Shown here piece by piece: positions 49,946 to 63,893 of a stretch of DNA of 64,000 bases. The stretch lies in assembly GCA_951406725.2 (NCBI GenBank), contig OX597827.1:14880001-14944000 (forward strand). The letters run 5' to 3'. Under the pieces are notes generated by a model. That model did not search any database. It was not told the origin of the DNA and saw only the letters and a program-made list of their open reading frames with translations. Position numbers and translations under genes: made by a program. Numbering within the stretch: position 1 is the stretch's first letter; each line of letters starts with the position of its first letter. The stretch comes from Octopus vulgaris (Eukaryota).

Positions 49946-50360
49946 TGGTTATGTGGTTAAGATGCTTGCTTTTTAACCACATGGCTTGGAGTTCAGTCCC
50001 AGTGTACAGCACCTTGGGCAAGTGTCTTCCACTATAGCCCCAGGTCAAGCAATGTCATGTGAGTGAATTTGGTTGAGTGAAACTGTGTCGAAGCTAATCA
50101 TATACGTGCATGTGTGTGAGTGTGTGTGTATGTGTGTGTGTGTATGTTTGTGTTTGTGTTTGTCCCACCACCACCACTTGACAACCATTGTTGGTTTGTT
50201 AACATCCTGTAACTCACCGATTCAGCAAAAGAGACCAATAGAATAAGTAACAAACTTTAAAAAAACAAGTATAAGTACTGGAATCAACTTTTTTTATTAT
50301 TATTAAACTCATCAAGGTGGTGCCCCAGCATGGCCACAGTCCAATGACTGAAACAAGCTA
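49946..50360 (+). mobile_element. SINE family A, older
   Basis: gcaccttgggcaagtgtcttc...gtgccccagcatggccacagtccaatgactgaaacaag. Confidence 0.8.
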
Positions 50361-51074
50361 ACGATTAAAATTCATTTCAAGCCGGAAGAAATCCCTACAC
50401 AATATTTGATGTGATGAAGAATAATTGGAGTCAACAGAAATAAAAGAGATTCTTTCTATATTCTTAGTTCAAACTCAGTTCATTCTTGCCTTCTTTACAT
50501 CCAAGGTCAATAAAATAAACAAAGTAAATATTCCTAAAACATTTAGTTTATTTTGTCTTATTTCATGTCACAATAATTTAGCAAACCATAGTACAATTGT
50601 CATTGGTTACAGGTTTGCTATAGGCTGATCACTGATTTGCTGCAATTCTAACAGCAAGAGTAACCAGGAAGTGTCCATAAACTGGTACAAAACAATTATT
50701 ACAATGGACTTGAATGGCATCAGTTTTTGTGCATCCCTGTTGATGTTTAGACCCTTTAGTAATATACATCAGTAAAAGACATATAAATATTACAGTCATA
50801 CACAGACATGCATTGCTCGATATATATGTCATCACCATCATTATCCTTTAACGTCTGTTTCCTGTGCTGGCATGGGTTGGACGGTTTGACAGGAGCTAGC
50901 TAGACAAAAGACTGCACCAGGCTTCACTGTCAGTTTTTGCAGGGGTTTTACAGCTGGCTCCCCTTCTTAACACCCACCTTACAAAATGGACTGGGTGCTT
51001 TTTACACGGCCTACTTTTAGCATGTATGTATGTATGTATGTATGTATGTATGTATGTTTGTATGTATGTATGTA

Positions 51075-51270
51075 GGGGGAGAATTCACAAAAAAAACAAA
51101 AAATGAAGACAGGTGGTGTACAAAACAAACAGATGTGTTAGTATAATGCTCAGGAAGTGAAAATGCCTTTAACATTTCGAGCCTATGCTCTTCCACAGAA
51201 AGAAACAGAAAGAAACAAGGAGAGAAAATAAAGAATGTGTAGTGGCTAGCGATCTATCATAGCGAAGGCC
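51075..51270 (-). mobile_element. Family D repeat
   Basis: minus: cttt-CTGTGGA-agagcataggctc-GAAATGTT-aaag. Confidence 0.7.
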
Positions 51271-51879
51271 AGACAGTATGTACATATGTGTGTGTATGTA
51301 TGCCTGTATGTGTGTGTGTGTATATGTATGTATACATTTTCCTACAATCAAATTCCATTGACAAAGTATTGGTCAATTTGAGACAACAGCAAAAGACAAC
51401 TCCTTAAGTTAATGCATAGAGGGAATCAAGCCTAGCACCACCTGGTCACAAAATGTATCATACATCCATAAAGAAGCAGTGTAAAAACTCAGACAATCCA
51501 AAGGCGTAATATCATCACCATCATCATCATCATCATCAACATTTAATACACACACACACACAAACACACAGCACTTACTGATAACCTAATCAGAGAAAGA
51601 GCAAAAGAAACCGATGCAGATTCTCTAAATCCAGTCTATTAGTGGCACAGTGGAGATCTGTAAGACATTCCGAAAATTCTCCATTTGAGATCCTTATGTA
51701 AATAGCTGCACAGACTTGGGTGTATGCATCGGCAGTTCAACCCAACACGCCAACTCAACCATATATTTACAAACACCAGGAACTCTCTTAACCCAAAAAG
51801 TCTCATCACTTTGTTAGCGACTGACTTGAATTCTCCCAAGAACTTGAATAAAACTCAAGCAAGAGTGGCTGTGTGGATA

Positions 51880-52165
51880 AGCGTAGGAGTGGCTGTGTGG
51901 TAAGTAGCTTGCTTACAAACCACATGGTTCCGTGTTCAATCCCACTGCGTGGAACCTTGGGCATATGTCTTCTACTATAGCCTCGGGCCGACCAAAGCCT
52001 TGTGAGTGGATTTGGTGGATGGAAACTGAAAGAAGCCTGTCGTATATATGTATATATATGTGTGTGTGTGTGTGTATGTTTGTGTTTGTCCCCCTAACAT
52101 CGCTTGACAACCGATGTTGGTGTGTTTACGTCCCCGTTACTTAGCGGTTCGGCAAAAGAGTAAGA
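51880..52165 (+). mobile_element. SINE family A, 3'-shortened
   Basis: head and body of family A, tail joins after ggcaaaagag. Confidence 0.85.
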
Positions 52166-53460
52166 GTATACATACAGACAGGCAGGCAGGCCAACAAACA
52201 GACATATTCTTTAACAAGAACAGTATTAGCAGTAACTTCAAAGATTCAGCCAGCTAAACTATCATCAGACTGTGGTGCATTTGAGTTCATCTTGACTTTA
52301 TATAGTCTCTGTTAAGTTAAATTTTTCTATTGTAAGCTGAGTTCTGTCGAATAGTAATTAGGTGGTTCTGATGGTATGATATTATGGAGGAATTTTATTG
52401 ATTAAATTTGGGGATGTGCTTTTGTTTAGAATTTATTCATGCATGTAGAAATTTGTACTCAGGTGTGTATATTTAGGTGTATAAATGTGTATATACATGT
52501 ATATGCCCCTATAACATTTGTTGATGTATATCAATGAAGATAAACTCTATTGAGAAAATTGAAATACCTTTATTTTGGGAATGGGGTCCTTTGATATATT
52601 TATTTTGTATCAAGTTGCAATCACTCCCTTGTCATATTTGTCATCAGAAATTGCAGTGAATCATGATTAGCCTGTTGGAAACCTGTAACCAATGCTACAA
52701 TGTGTCTGGACCAAAAACCATGTCTTTAGGGTCCAAACTTCTTACCACACAGTTACATCTGCATTTGATCCTACGTGTATATGCAGCAAATCACCAATGT
52801 CATAACAGAATCAGAAAAAATGCTTTGTGATCTTTATTCCGGCTCTTAACACTCTGAGCTCAAATCCAGCCACAGCAATTTGATCTTGGGGGTGAGGGGA
52901 TCAATAAAGTCCAGTCTAGAACTGAGACCAATTCTTCTCTCTTTCTCTTCTGGAACACATCATTTATGGTCAACCCTAAAGAAGGATAGGCTCCACCAAG
53001 TTTAGATTCATTAAGTAAACTATAGGCCATGACAGTAACCTTATGATTCTGTCAGGAGATCATGACCCAATTTAGGAGAAGGCTAAGCAGATAATATTTT
53101 GTGCCACCTAAATAAGAATATATCAAAAAACAAAGAAATGACATCTGTAGATTTTATTTGGCCATTTGTCTATTTCGAAGCTTATGAAATAAGCAGAAAT
53201 TGAATGACAAATGTGAGCATCACTGGATTAAATTCTTTGTTATATTTAGTTCTATTTGGAATTGCAAAAATACCTGTCAGGTATTGTGTTCCAATTCTTC
53301 TCTCTTTTTCCCTGGAAGAAATTAACTGTGATCAAACCTAGGTTTAGTTGCATGAGGCATACTGCAGATTACACCAGCATCCTTAGAACACTCATCAAAA
53401 GTGGAAGATTCAGAGCAAGGCAAAGCCTAATTGTGTGATACTTTGCATAATAGTTCATCA

Positions 53461-53835
53461 GTGGAGGCGCAATGGCCCAGTGGTTAGGGCAGCGGACTCG
53501 CGGTCATAGGATTGCGGTTTTGATTCCCAGACCAGGCATTGTGAGTGTTTATTGAGCGAGGAGGCTCTGGCAGGGGATGGTGGTGATCCCTGCTGTACTC
53601 TTTCACCACAACTTTCTCTCACTCTTACTTCCTGTTTCTGTTGTACCTGTATTTCAAAGGGGCCGGTCTTGTCACTCTCTGTGTCACGCTGAATATCCCC
53701 GAGAACTACGTTAAGGGTACACGTGTCTGTGGAGTGCTCAGCCACTTACATGTTAATTTCACGAGCAGGCTGTTCCGTTGATTCGGATCAACCGGAACCC
53801 TCGTCGTCGTTACCAACGGAGTGCTTCCCTCCCTT
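53461..53835 (+). mobile_element. tRNA(Arg-like)-headed SINE family E (head H1 + body T1) with 13-bp TSD
   Basis: TSD taatagttcatca at 53448-53460 and 53836-53848; A-box tggcccagtgg. Confidence 0.88.
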
Positions 53836-53974
53836 TAATAGTTCATCAACAAACAGGAAGAACAAGTCCTGGACATTTGACTTCATCTTCAATCCATTCC
53901 ATGAGTAATAAAGTGTGATGAAAGTGATCCAGAAGTGTAACATTGCTGGATTAAAGGTTTTATCAAATTGAACC

Positions 53975-54320
53975 AGCCAGGACCCCTGGACTGGTGGTAC
54001 CTAGAAAGCACTATCCGACTCGTGGCCGATGCCAGCGCTGCCTCGACTGGCTTCCGTGCCGGTGGCACGTAAAACGCACCAATCCGACCATGGCCGTTGC
54101 CAGCCTCGTCTGGCATCTGTGCAGGTGGCACGTAAAAAGCACCCACTACACTCTCGGAGTGGTTGGCATTAGGAAGGGCATCCAGCTGTAGAAACATTGC
54201 CAGATAAGATTGGAGCCTGGTGCAGCCTTCTGGCTTCCCAGATCCCCGGTCGAACCGTCCAACCCATGCTAGCATGGGGAACGGACGTTAAACGATGATG
54301 ATGATGATGATGATGATGAT
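53975..54320 (+). mobile_element. SINE-like family C
   Basis: aggaagggcatccagctgtagaaac...ccaacccatgctagcatgg...(gat)n. Confidence 0.88.
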
Positions 54321-54711
54321 ATTTATGCCTCTTTTTTTCTCAGTGTCTAAACTTGATTTTTTTTATTCCTTTGGTGTTGATAAAGGCGTTGTACCATTGT
54401 GAGCAATAATTTATTCTTTAGATATTTTCCCCCAGTTTTCACCACTACCTAGCACCACCCAGAAGGAATTCCTGAATAGTTACTAGACTTGATTGAAATA
54501 GCAGTTAAATCTCTTCTAATTACACCCTACTGTCTTAAAAAATGGGAAAAAGAAACACATATAATGTGATCTTAAATATACAAAAAAAAAACAACGGAGT
54601 ACCTTTGGACATCGGTCCTCTCAACCAAGGTTGAAATGGAGTTAAAAAATCAAATAAAACAAACCACATCTATTTTGAATTAGTTACGTTTGACAACTGT
54701 TGCCATCTGTA

Positions 54712-54973
54712 CAGATTCGCATATTTCGGTCATATTATGCGGAGAAAATCCCCGGAGAAGGACATCATGCTTGGAATGGTCAGCAGCAAGAGAGGAAGAG
54801 GCCGACCAAGAACCCGCTGGCTTGACACCATCAAGAGTGATACCGGAATGGACATAGCCAATCTGAAAGAAGCGGCCCAGGATAGAACTGACTGGAGGAC
54901 ACTGATCCAATGAGTGACCGAGAGTCGACTTCGACTGAGCGGTTATAGAGAGAGAGAGAGAGAGAGAGAGAGC
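54712..54973 (+). mobile_element. BovB-like RTE LINE 3' end with (AG)n tail and 10-bp TSD
   Basis: YFGHIMRRKSPEKDIMLGMVSSKRGRGRPRTRWLDTIK...DRTDWR; TSD gccatctgta 54702-54711 / 54974-54983. Confidence 0.88.
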
Positions 54974-55647
54974 GCCATCTGTAATTCAAGGAGTGAATTA
55001 TCCAGCATTGTTGTATTTCAAATTTCAGAAGTTGTTGACAAAAAGAATAATTTCACCCACCATTGTCAGATCAAGGTTATGATGACTTACAATGACAAAT
55101 ACTTGCCTAAGGTGCTGGATAGTGAGACCAAACCCAGCACCACAATCAAGTTGTTGTTGACTCAAAAAGTTGTTTCATCATTCATAATTCATCATTCTAT
55201 TGTTTGTGATTAACAAAACAATATAAGATAATGACATGATAACCAACGTAAGCAATAGGTCATAATTAAGTAAATAATTAAGTAAATAATAATCATTAAT
55301 GCATTTAATTTCAAATACTTATCAAAGAAGGTAGGTAGTTTCTACAAGGCTTTTCACCTTGGTAGAACTACCACTTAATTCACACCTAACACTCTGATGA
55401 TTAAGAAGGGTTTCCAACATTGCAAAGGATTTATAAGAGCTTGCAAAACCTCTAAGTAGCTCCTGCATCATTTATTTCACCTCAATGTAAGGATGGCTGC
55501 ATGGTTAAGAGGCTTGCTTTGCAGGCACATGGTTTCATTATCAGTCTCACTATACAACACCTTATGTATGGGCCTTCTACTACAACTTTGAGCTGATCAA
55601 TACCTTGAGAGTGAATTTTGTAGATATATATATACATATATATATAC

Positions 55648-55966
55648 ATGTGCCAGTGGCACGTAAAAAGCACCATCCATACGTGGCCGATGCCAGCACC
55701 ACCTTGACTGACTTTCCATGCCGGTGGCACGTAAAAGCACCAACCGATCATGGCCGTTGCCAGCCTCCTCTGGCTCCTGTGCCAGTGGCATGAAAAAAGA
55801 ACCCACTACACTCACGGAGTGGTTGGCGTTAGGAAGAGCATCCAGCTGTAGAAACACTGCCAGATCAGACTGGAGCCTGGTGCAGCCTCCTGGTTTCCCA
55901 GACCCCGGTCGAACCGTCCAACCCATGCTAGCATGGAAAATGGACGTTAAACGATGATGATGATGA
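55648..55966 (+). mobile_element. SINE-like family C
   Basis: as 53975-54320. Confidence 0.88.
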
Positions 55967-56012
55967 TACACACACATACATACTTACAAATATATACATA
56001 TATGTGTGTGTG

Positions 56013-56265
56013 TGTGGAGGTGTGTGGCTTAGTGGTTAGGGTGTCAGCATCATGATCGTAAGATTGTAGTTTTTATTCCTGGCCCAGGCGACATGTTGTG
56101 TTCTTGAGCAAAACATTTCATTTCACGTTGTTCCAGTCCACTCAGCTGGCAAAAATGAGTAACGCTGCGATGGACTGGTGTCCCATCCAGCTGGGGAACA
56201 CATATGCCATTGAAACCGGGAAACTGGGCCCATGAGCATGGCTAGGCTTTAAAAGGGTGCATTTA
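56013..56265 (+). mobile_element. SINE family E (head H2 + body T2)
   Basis: tggcttagtggttaggg...ccactcagctggc...ctgcgatggactggtgtcccatccag...gaaaccgggaaa. Confidence 0.75.
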
Positions 56266-57066
56266 TTATATATATAGGAAAGCACAGATGATCCAACTAA
56301 AGAGTTTCCAACTAAGATAATTCACAATGGCCAAATTCACTTATCTGTTAAAAGTTTTGTTGAACTACAATATTTCCATAGCAAAATAATCTTATTAACT
56401 TCAAACACTAGCATACTTTGATAATGAAAAAAAAACTCTTGAAAACGTCTGCTATTGTTTTCTGTTAATTTTTAATTTTAAATAAAAAGCAGTAGTTTTT
56501 TTTTTTTGACTAAATATTTGAAAGCATATACAGGTGACTTATTTTGATTATTTCATTTATGCAGGTGATTTTGATTAGTAATTGTTTTTTTCTTTTATTT
56601 TTATATATTTTGAAATTTATTTTTTAATTTTTTTATTTTATTTTATAAACTTTAAGATTTGAATTTTATTGAACAGTCTTGTGTAATTTATTGATAATAT
56701 GTTAGTGGGGATAACAAAAAATTGGTTCAGATCCTGACTAACATTATACTTCAAATAAAAACACAAATATATGTAAATGGAGAAAAAAAATAAAGGAGAT
56801 TGTCCTGACATGTTTCACAGTTTGTTGGTCATTCTTCAGAAGACAAGTTACCCCTTCATCCTTTTGTCCACAAAGGGAACTTGCAGCAAAGCATACCTTA
56901 GATCAAACATAAACAACATAAATAAGCACAGAAATGTAATGGTTAAACTAATTTGCATGCATATTTGTTGATGTCATGATTAAATAGATAATGAATATTT
57001 GTGCAATTATGCGGTGCTCCAGCATGGCCGCAGTCAAATGACTGAAACAAATAAAAGAATAAAAGA

Positions 57067-57107
<41 letters not shown>

Positions 57108-57244
57108 CATACACACACACACATGCATATGTATGTATATGTGTGTGTGTGTGTGTGTGTGTGGATTTCAGATATATGATTGTGTGTTTTTAAGTAATAA
57201 TTGCCAATACATATTAGCACTGGCCTCTTTGCATTCTAAAATTT

Positions 57245-57640
57245 ATCATCATCATTTTATATTCCTTTCCAATGCTTACATGAGTCTGACAGGTTTTCTC
57301 AACAAAAGTGTCTACCGTCATCTTCTTGAAGTTCAGTATCCTGAAATCAGCATTCACTATTTCTTCCCAGGTCTTCTTTGATCTTCCTCTGCTTCTGGTA
57401 CCTTCTACTACTTAGACAACATAGCACTTCATCCTCAGATCATCATCTTCCATATGCATCCCATGTCCATAATATCAGTGGTGTCTTCCTTCTTGCATAC
57501 TACAACTGATTCCTCTTAAACATATATTTTTCACCTGTGCTCAGGTGTTCATGCACATTAACATTATACATCCAGTGGAAACTGTGCACCTCATTTCTAT
57601 CCAGTCTTTATACATGTTCCACATTCACTTTCATGCAATA
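57245..57640 (-). mobile_element. RTE-clade LINE 3' end with (GAT)n tail
   Basis: remnants HWMYNVNVHE...YGHGMHM...RGRSKKTWEEIVNADFRIL. Confidence 0.75.
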
Positions 57641-58093
57641 TCGTACTTCAAGATAATACAGACATATTTTGTTAACAACGTTGCTTTGCTCTTTTACAAC
57701 ATTTCATATTTTAATGTGTTAACTTTCTTTATTAAAACATTTCCATATTATCCAAAGTACATTTGCTTATTAGTTTCTGTAAGTCCGATTGAGGGCCATA
57801 AGCGTTTCATCATCAATATTTAATACTGAAGGTGGTACTAATCACATGCTTAAGAAATAAAATGGTTTATTTGGATATTTCTAATATTAACTAACTTCAA
57901 ATCTTTTTCATAATCACATGTAAACCTATAATAGTTATTGAAAACACTTGAAATAGTCAAGCTCACCCTGTAGTCAGTGTTCTTGATAGCCAACTTACCC
58001 ATTAATATCATTTTCTGGTGCTCCTGGATTTTTTATAAACATTCTATATACTAACTTTGTACCTACACTACCAATAAATAAGTCAAGGCTATG

Positions 58094-58134
58094 CTTCCAC
58101 TGATGAAGACCAATAATCTAGAAATGGTTGGGAG
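58094..58134 (+). ncRNA. Decayed hammerhead motif in probable Penelope-like remnant (~57900-58280)
   Basis: cttcca-CTGATGA-agacc...cta-GAAATGGTT-gggag. Confidence 0.4.
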
Positions 58135-58496
58135 TTGTCTCCCTTGTTTATTCACCTAAAGAGTGATGTTAGCTAACCCTTAGTATCATCTTCTACTCTC
58201 TACATTTTATCCTACTGTGGTAATTTCTGATGTTCATAATTTTTTGTTTTAGTTGTTATAGTTATCAAAAAGAGTTTAAAGGGTTTCTCCAAAGGTATTG
58301 GTTTTGTGATTAGCGTTAAGCTGTAATGCAGATGTATCAACCTTGAAGCTTCTCTGTGTGTGTGTGTGTGTATGTGTGTGTGTGTGTGTGTGTATGTGTG
58401 TGTGTCTGTGTGTGCATAGAGAAACCTTAAACATTTTGTGGTACAAGTCTGAAGGAACTTTCATTTGTTAATTTTCTTTGTGTTTTTACATACGTG

Positions 58497-58685
58497 TTAT
58501 ATTTGAAGGCATATAAGATGCACTTTTTCCCCAAAAAAAATTTCCCCAAAAAGTCATCCTGGGTCCTACATGAAAAGTTAGGCATCTTATAAGCGTTAAT
58601 GTGCTAAAATTATTTACCTGAATATAATGTACAGAAATTAGGGAACACCTGTGTCTGAGCACCTTTTATGCCATCAAATATAGTA
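58497..58685. mobile_element. pogo/Tigger-type MITE
   Basis: TIR tatatttgaaggcatataag / cttttatgccatcaaatatagta. Confidence 0.55.
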
Positions 58686-59133
58686 ATGTTTCCTTGCTGC
58701 AGATGCATAGTTACTTTAGAAGAGAGTGTAGTGTTAATGTATGTATTTCCTTAAAATTTTCATCTTCCCTACTAAGATTGAATCTGTTTTATTCTATTTG
58801 GTCACTTTTTATCATTTACATTTTACATATGTTTTATGTATTGTTTGCTCCTAATTTGTTTTTAAGACCAGATCACACTTGATCAAGCAAATCTATGGTG
58901 AGGCAGTATTTCAATAGTGACAAACCTGTCTCCTTTTTTTCTTTTTTAAAGATGTAGTGTAATACATAATATAGTAATACATTACCTAAAGATAATAGGG
59001 TGGGAATTTAGGGATATTTAGGAGCAATTTTTTGGAGGTCTAGCAAGGTTTTCATTGGTTCATTGTTGATTATGCATTTTTCAAGTTGTTATTTGTGTAT
59101 TTTTTAATTATTCTATGGTATATAGCATCTAAT

Positions 59134-59380
59134 CATCTGCGACGATTTCATCTCAATCGAAGGAGAGGGGCTTTCTCCGTCCGGGTTGCGGATCCGTGGA
59201 ATAAGCTGCCGGACGAGATGGTGAAGATGCCGACGACCGCTTGGTTCAAAGTCTCCCTTGACCACAAGTGGCCTGAACTCTTTACATGAACACCACCCTG
59301 TACATAACTCCATGTCCCCCTACATGGCCTTACTTTTGCTTTTTGAGCCAAAAAATTAACTAACTAACTAACTAACTAAT
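59134..59380 (+). mobile_element. CR1-clade LINE 3' end with (TAAC)n tail
   Basis: RRGAFSVRVADPWNKLPDEMVKMPTTAWFKVSLD matches CR1 C-terminal FSxRVxxxWNxLP..FKxxLD. Confidence 0.85.
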
Positions 59381-59889
59381 TATTTTCAGGAGGTCAAATC
59401 TTCTAATTTTTTTAATGAAACTAATATGCTCCTAGATTAAGTAATCAATGTAATTACATATAATTTACCATCAGATATTGTCATACATTAATAGACATGT
59501 TTCATATTCGAGTGATATATTATTAATTATTTTGATATACTTAGCAATATATTAGGGTAGCTATTTTTAACGAGAGTATATTTCATTCTATACAAATTAT
59601 AAATAGCAATTTAATATATGCCTCAAATGTGTATTTAGGATGAATGCTTTCCTTTTTTTTTTTATTTTACAGAATATTTCCTTTTCCAATGAATGAAAAA
59701 TATGTGCTATATTGGGATCTAAGAAGATGTATTTGCAAATGAGCAAGAACACATCAAGACTGCATTAAACAATTTCCGTTTGTGCCATTCCATCAACCAC
59801 CAGACATCTTACCAAAGTCAGCAGTTACCAAGATTAGAAACTTTCCTATATCACATTAACACAATTACTGACATTCAATGACCAAAACT

Positions 59890-59970
59890 TCAGTTTAACA
59901 TTATAATAATTTAAATATCCGGGTCAAGTTACTTGACCCTAATATTTAAATTATTATAATGTTAAACTGA
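59890..59970. repeat. Near-perfect 40-bp-arm palindrome with 1-nt spacer
   Basis: 2 mismatches between arms. Confidence 0.9.
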
Positions 59971-60078
59971 TTGGTAAGATCAGCTCTAATGGATATATAA
60001 CACTTTATACTTTGATTTATATATATATATATATATAAATATATATATACATATATGTATATATATATATACATATAT

Positions 60079-60218
<140 letters not shown>

Positions 60219-60234
60219 CACACACATACACATA

Positions 60235-61088
60235 CAGGATGTGATGGGTAAATTGGTGTCATTTTATATTTTTAATTTCAAGCATGTGCATTGTTTGTTT
60301 TTGATTTTGTTGCATACACAGTATAGTAGGGTCTGTTGGACACTGTCTGTAAGAAAAATATCACCATGATGCAATTCACTCTGCCAGAAATTTGGAAATG
60401 ACATGCTATTCTGCTTGGTATTCACACTGTAAGCTCCAATACAACATTTCAGAGTGTCAATCTAAGGACAGGTACTACGAGTGATAAAAATCAAACACCC
60501 AGTCAGCATCATGGCGTTTGGAGTGATCACTAGTGATGGCGACCTCATGCCTCCATTCATCTTCCCACATGGCTTGAGACTCAACACAGACACCTACAAC
60601 AAGTAACTGGAGGAGATAATACTGCTCTGTGTCAAGAGGATGGCTGCTGGTCCCTATGTCTGGCAACAGGATTCTGCACCATGCCACACAAGCAGGAGAA
60701 CCCAGTCATGGCTGCCAAACAATTCCTGCAACCCCATCACCCCTAACATCTGGTCACCTAACTCCCTAGACTGCAGCCCCCTTGATTATTATGTGTAGAG
60801 CACAGTTGAGTGAGAGACCCAAAAAAGCTCCTTGTAACACCAAAGTTGAACTGGAAGCAAGGAATATGGCAGCATTCACCAACTTAAACAAGAAGAGTTG
60901 CAGGAGATTCTGAAGTCGTCAGGAGGCCATGGTTGAAGCCAATTGTGATTTCATTGACTAAATTTACTCTTTAGGATTTCAAGATATTTTTATGTAATTT
61001 TGGTAAATATATCTGTGTAAAATGAAGTGTCAGTGTTATTTTCATTTTTGCATAATAACTTAGAAGACAGTTTATTCACTGCATCATG
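60235..61088 (+). mobile_element. Decayed Tc1/mariner DD37D (maT-type) transposon
   Basis: VWQQDSAPCH...WSPNSLDCSPLDYYV with 37 residues between the 2nd and 3rd D; degenerate TIRs TA|caggatgtgatgggtaaatt / gtttattcactgcatcatg|TA. Confidence 0.85.
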
Positions 61089-61212
61089 TATGTATGTATG
61101 TATGTATGTATGTATGTATGTATGTATGTATGTATGTATGTATGTATGTATGTATATGAATATAGATATATATGTAGACACACATATACATACATACATG
61201 TGTCTATGTATC

Positions 61213-61244
<32 letters not shown>

Positions 61245-61842
61245 TACATACATGCATAAATATAAACAAACATATATATATATGCTAATGTGTGTGTGTA
61301 TGTGTGTGTGTATGTATGTGTGTGTGTATGTGTGTGTGTGTTTGCATGTATGTATATTAAATGCATTTGTCAAAGCCACAGCTGCAAGGTAAAACTAAAG
61401 GAGTGAAAATAAATCCCTATTTACTTTTTCAGTATTTTGCTCAAACAAGTACTAATCATGTGTGAAAGCTAATGGAACAGTTTTCTGGCATTTATAGAGA
61501 CGATGGGCTAAAGACTAATGCAATATGTAATCATTGGTGGTTATACATTAAAAGCATTTGTTTCATGCAAGCTCGCATTGCAAGCCTATCTCACACCTAA
61601 CACGTCTGCACATGTGAAAACACTATAATACTCTCCTTCATTCATAAACTGTCACTTGCACAGCTGTGATACTACTGAAATAAATATAGTAAAAGTGTAA
61701 ACCTTTTAGTTTATCAATTTTAATTTGCATTCTTCTGGTTTCTGAATCACATTTAATTCTGATACAAAATGTTTCAAAATAAATTACATTATTGTATTTC
61801 GTGTATGTGCTTGTGTATGTGTGTGTGAGTATGTGAGCATGC

Positions 61843-61955
<113 letters not shown>

Positions 61956-62344
61956 GGCAGTGCATCTGCATGGCTGCAGCTCTGAGCTGAAACTTTAATA
62001 AAAAAAAAAAAATATATATATACATACATGTATATATATATATATATATATGAATGTATGTATGTATGTACACATGTGCTTGTGAATGTGTGTATGCATA
62101 TGTGTATATATATGTGTGTGTGTGTGTGCATGCATACATATATATAAATATATATATGTACACACACATGCACATACACATACACACACATGTGTATGTG
62201 AATAGCAACAAGCTGTAAAAACCATGCAAAAAATAAAAACTGACATACACAAGAACACGCCAGCATTGGAAATCAAATGTAACATAAAGATGGTGCTGAT
62301 GAGAATGGTGATAATTTACATTTATATACATACATATATATATA

Positions 62345-62377
<33 letters not shown>

Positions 62378-62486
62378 TTTAAAAATAGGATATAATCTTC
62401 ATAAGAAATTATCAACTAGTTAGCGTGAAAAAACCTCGTAAGAGAAAAAAATCTGTAAATTTTTTCAACTTGAAATATTTATTTAT

Positions 62487-62900
62487 ATTATACAGAGGGC
62501 ACTATTACACATCAGAAAGGATGCCAACCAATATGATAGGATTACACAGCCACAGCAGGAAATGTATCAGGACATGAAATATAAAAGCCGGACTAGACTA
62601 CTTTATGCACAACTCCATTGTCTCCCGAGACAGAAAGGATGCCAACCAAGCCAACCAATTACACGTAGATACCGCATGCTAGGAGGGACTTTTAAAGTCA
62701 AAACTACCAAAATAAACAAATTGTACCGAATGCAATCTTCGAAGTGAGTCATTTAAAAACAGGTGATATGTAACTAAATTCTGTTTTTAAATGACTCGCT
62801 TTCGAAGATTGCATTATTTTAATTTGTTTATTTTGGTAGTTTTGACTTTAAAAGTCCCTCCTAGCATGTGGCATCTATGTGTAATAGTGCCCTCTATATA

Positions 62901-62903
<3 letters not shown>
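62487..62903. repeat. Inverted repeat (62658-62762 / 62781-62885, plus 62487-62511 / 62878-62903)
   Basis: direct comparison; adjacent to Penelope-like family of 49200. Confidence 0.8.
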
Positions 62904-62961
<58 letters not shown>

Positions 62962-62989
62962 TATATATGTATCACTTAGATAACTGAGA

Positions 62990-63470
62990 TAATGTTTCAA
63001 CCCCTTTTTAAGTCAAGTTTTGTGGTATTATGGTCCACTTATTCTTGTTGAATAAGTTGTATCCAGATATAGGTGGCTTATCTGGTATTTCTTGAAGAAA
63101 TTTGACTAGATGCCATTTAAAGGTAATGGGATCTTTTTCCTCTTTGATCTGTTTCAGGACAAAGTTAAATAGGGCAGGGCCCATTAAGGAACAGAAATTG
63201 TGTTTCAGTGTATTTATGTGTTGTGATTCTGAATTGGGTAGGAGACATTTGGCCCGTGGTCCTAGCCTGGGATGAATTCTGAAACTAATGTTGAGGTCGT
63301 TTGGGCAATGCTGATGGTATAGACTCCACATTGTGCAAATGATGTATAGATCACAGCAGTACTGGAGAGAATAGTTTCAATGCTTTAAGGCAGTCCCAAT
63401 AATTGAGATCAGTCATGCCCTTAATTCTTTTAGTGAAGGCTTTCAAGGGTGATTCCATTTTCAAAATGTT
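62990..63470 (-). mobile_element. CR1-clade LINE 3' end remnant
   Basis: HPRLGPRAKC...GPALFN...FKWHLVKFLQEIPDKP; upstream frameshifted LNYWDCLKALKLFS. Confidence 0.75.
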
Positions 63471-63513
63471 ATATATATATATATGTATATATATAATGTT
63501 ATATATATAATAC

Positions 63514-63595
<82 letters not shown>

Positions 63596-63732
63596 TAAAT
63601 CCTTGTAAGTATGTATATGTATATTTCATAGAGGAAAAAGTGCATATGGATTTGTAAACCAAATATAAATGTACTCAATACTTTAATCAGACTATATATT
63701 TTCTTTATTTTTTAATAATTCACAGAAAATAT

Positions 63733-63798
<66 letters not shown>

Positions 63799-63821
63799 TA
63801 TATATATACATATATATATAC

Positions 63822-63893
<72 letters not shown>

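Noticed and set aside
53274-53311. 38-nt minus-strand exon candidate
   Set aside because: The frame compatible with the phase-0 microexon contains a stop; the donor is part of a small palindrome.
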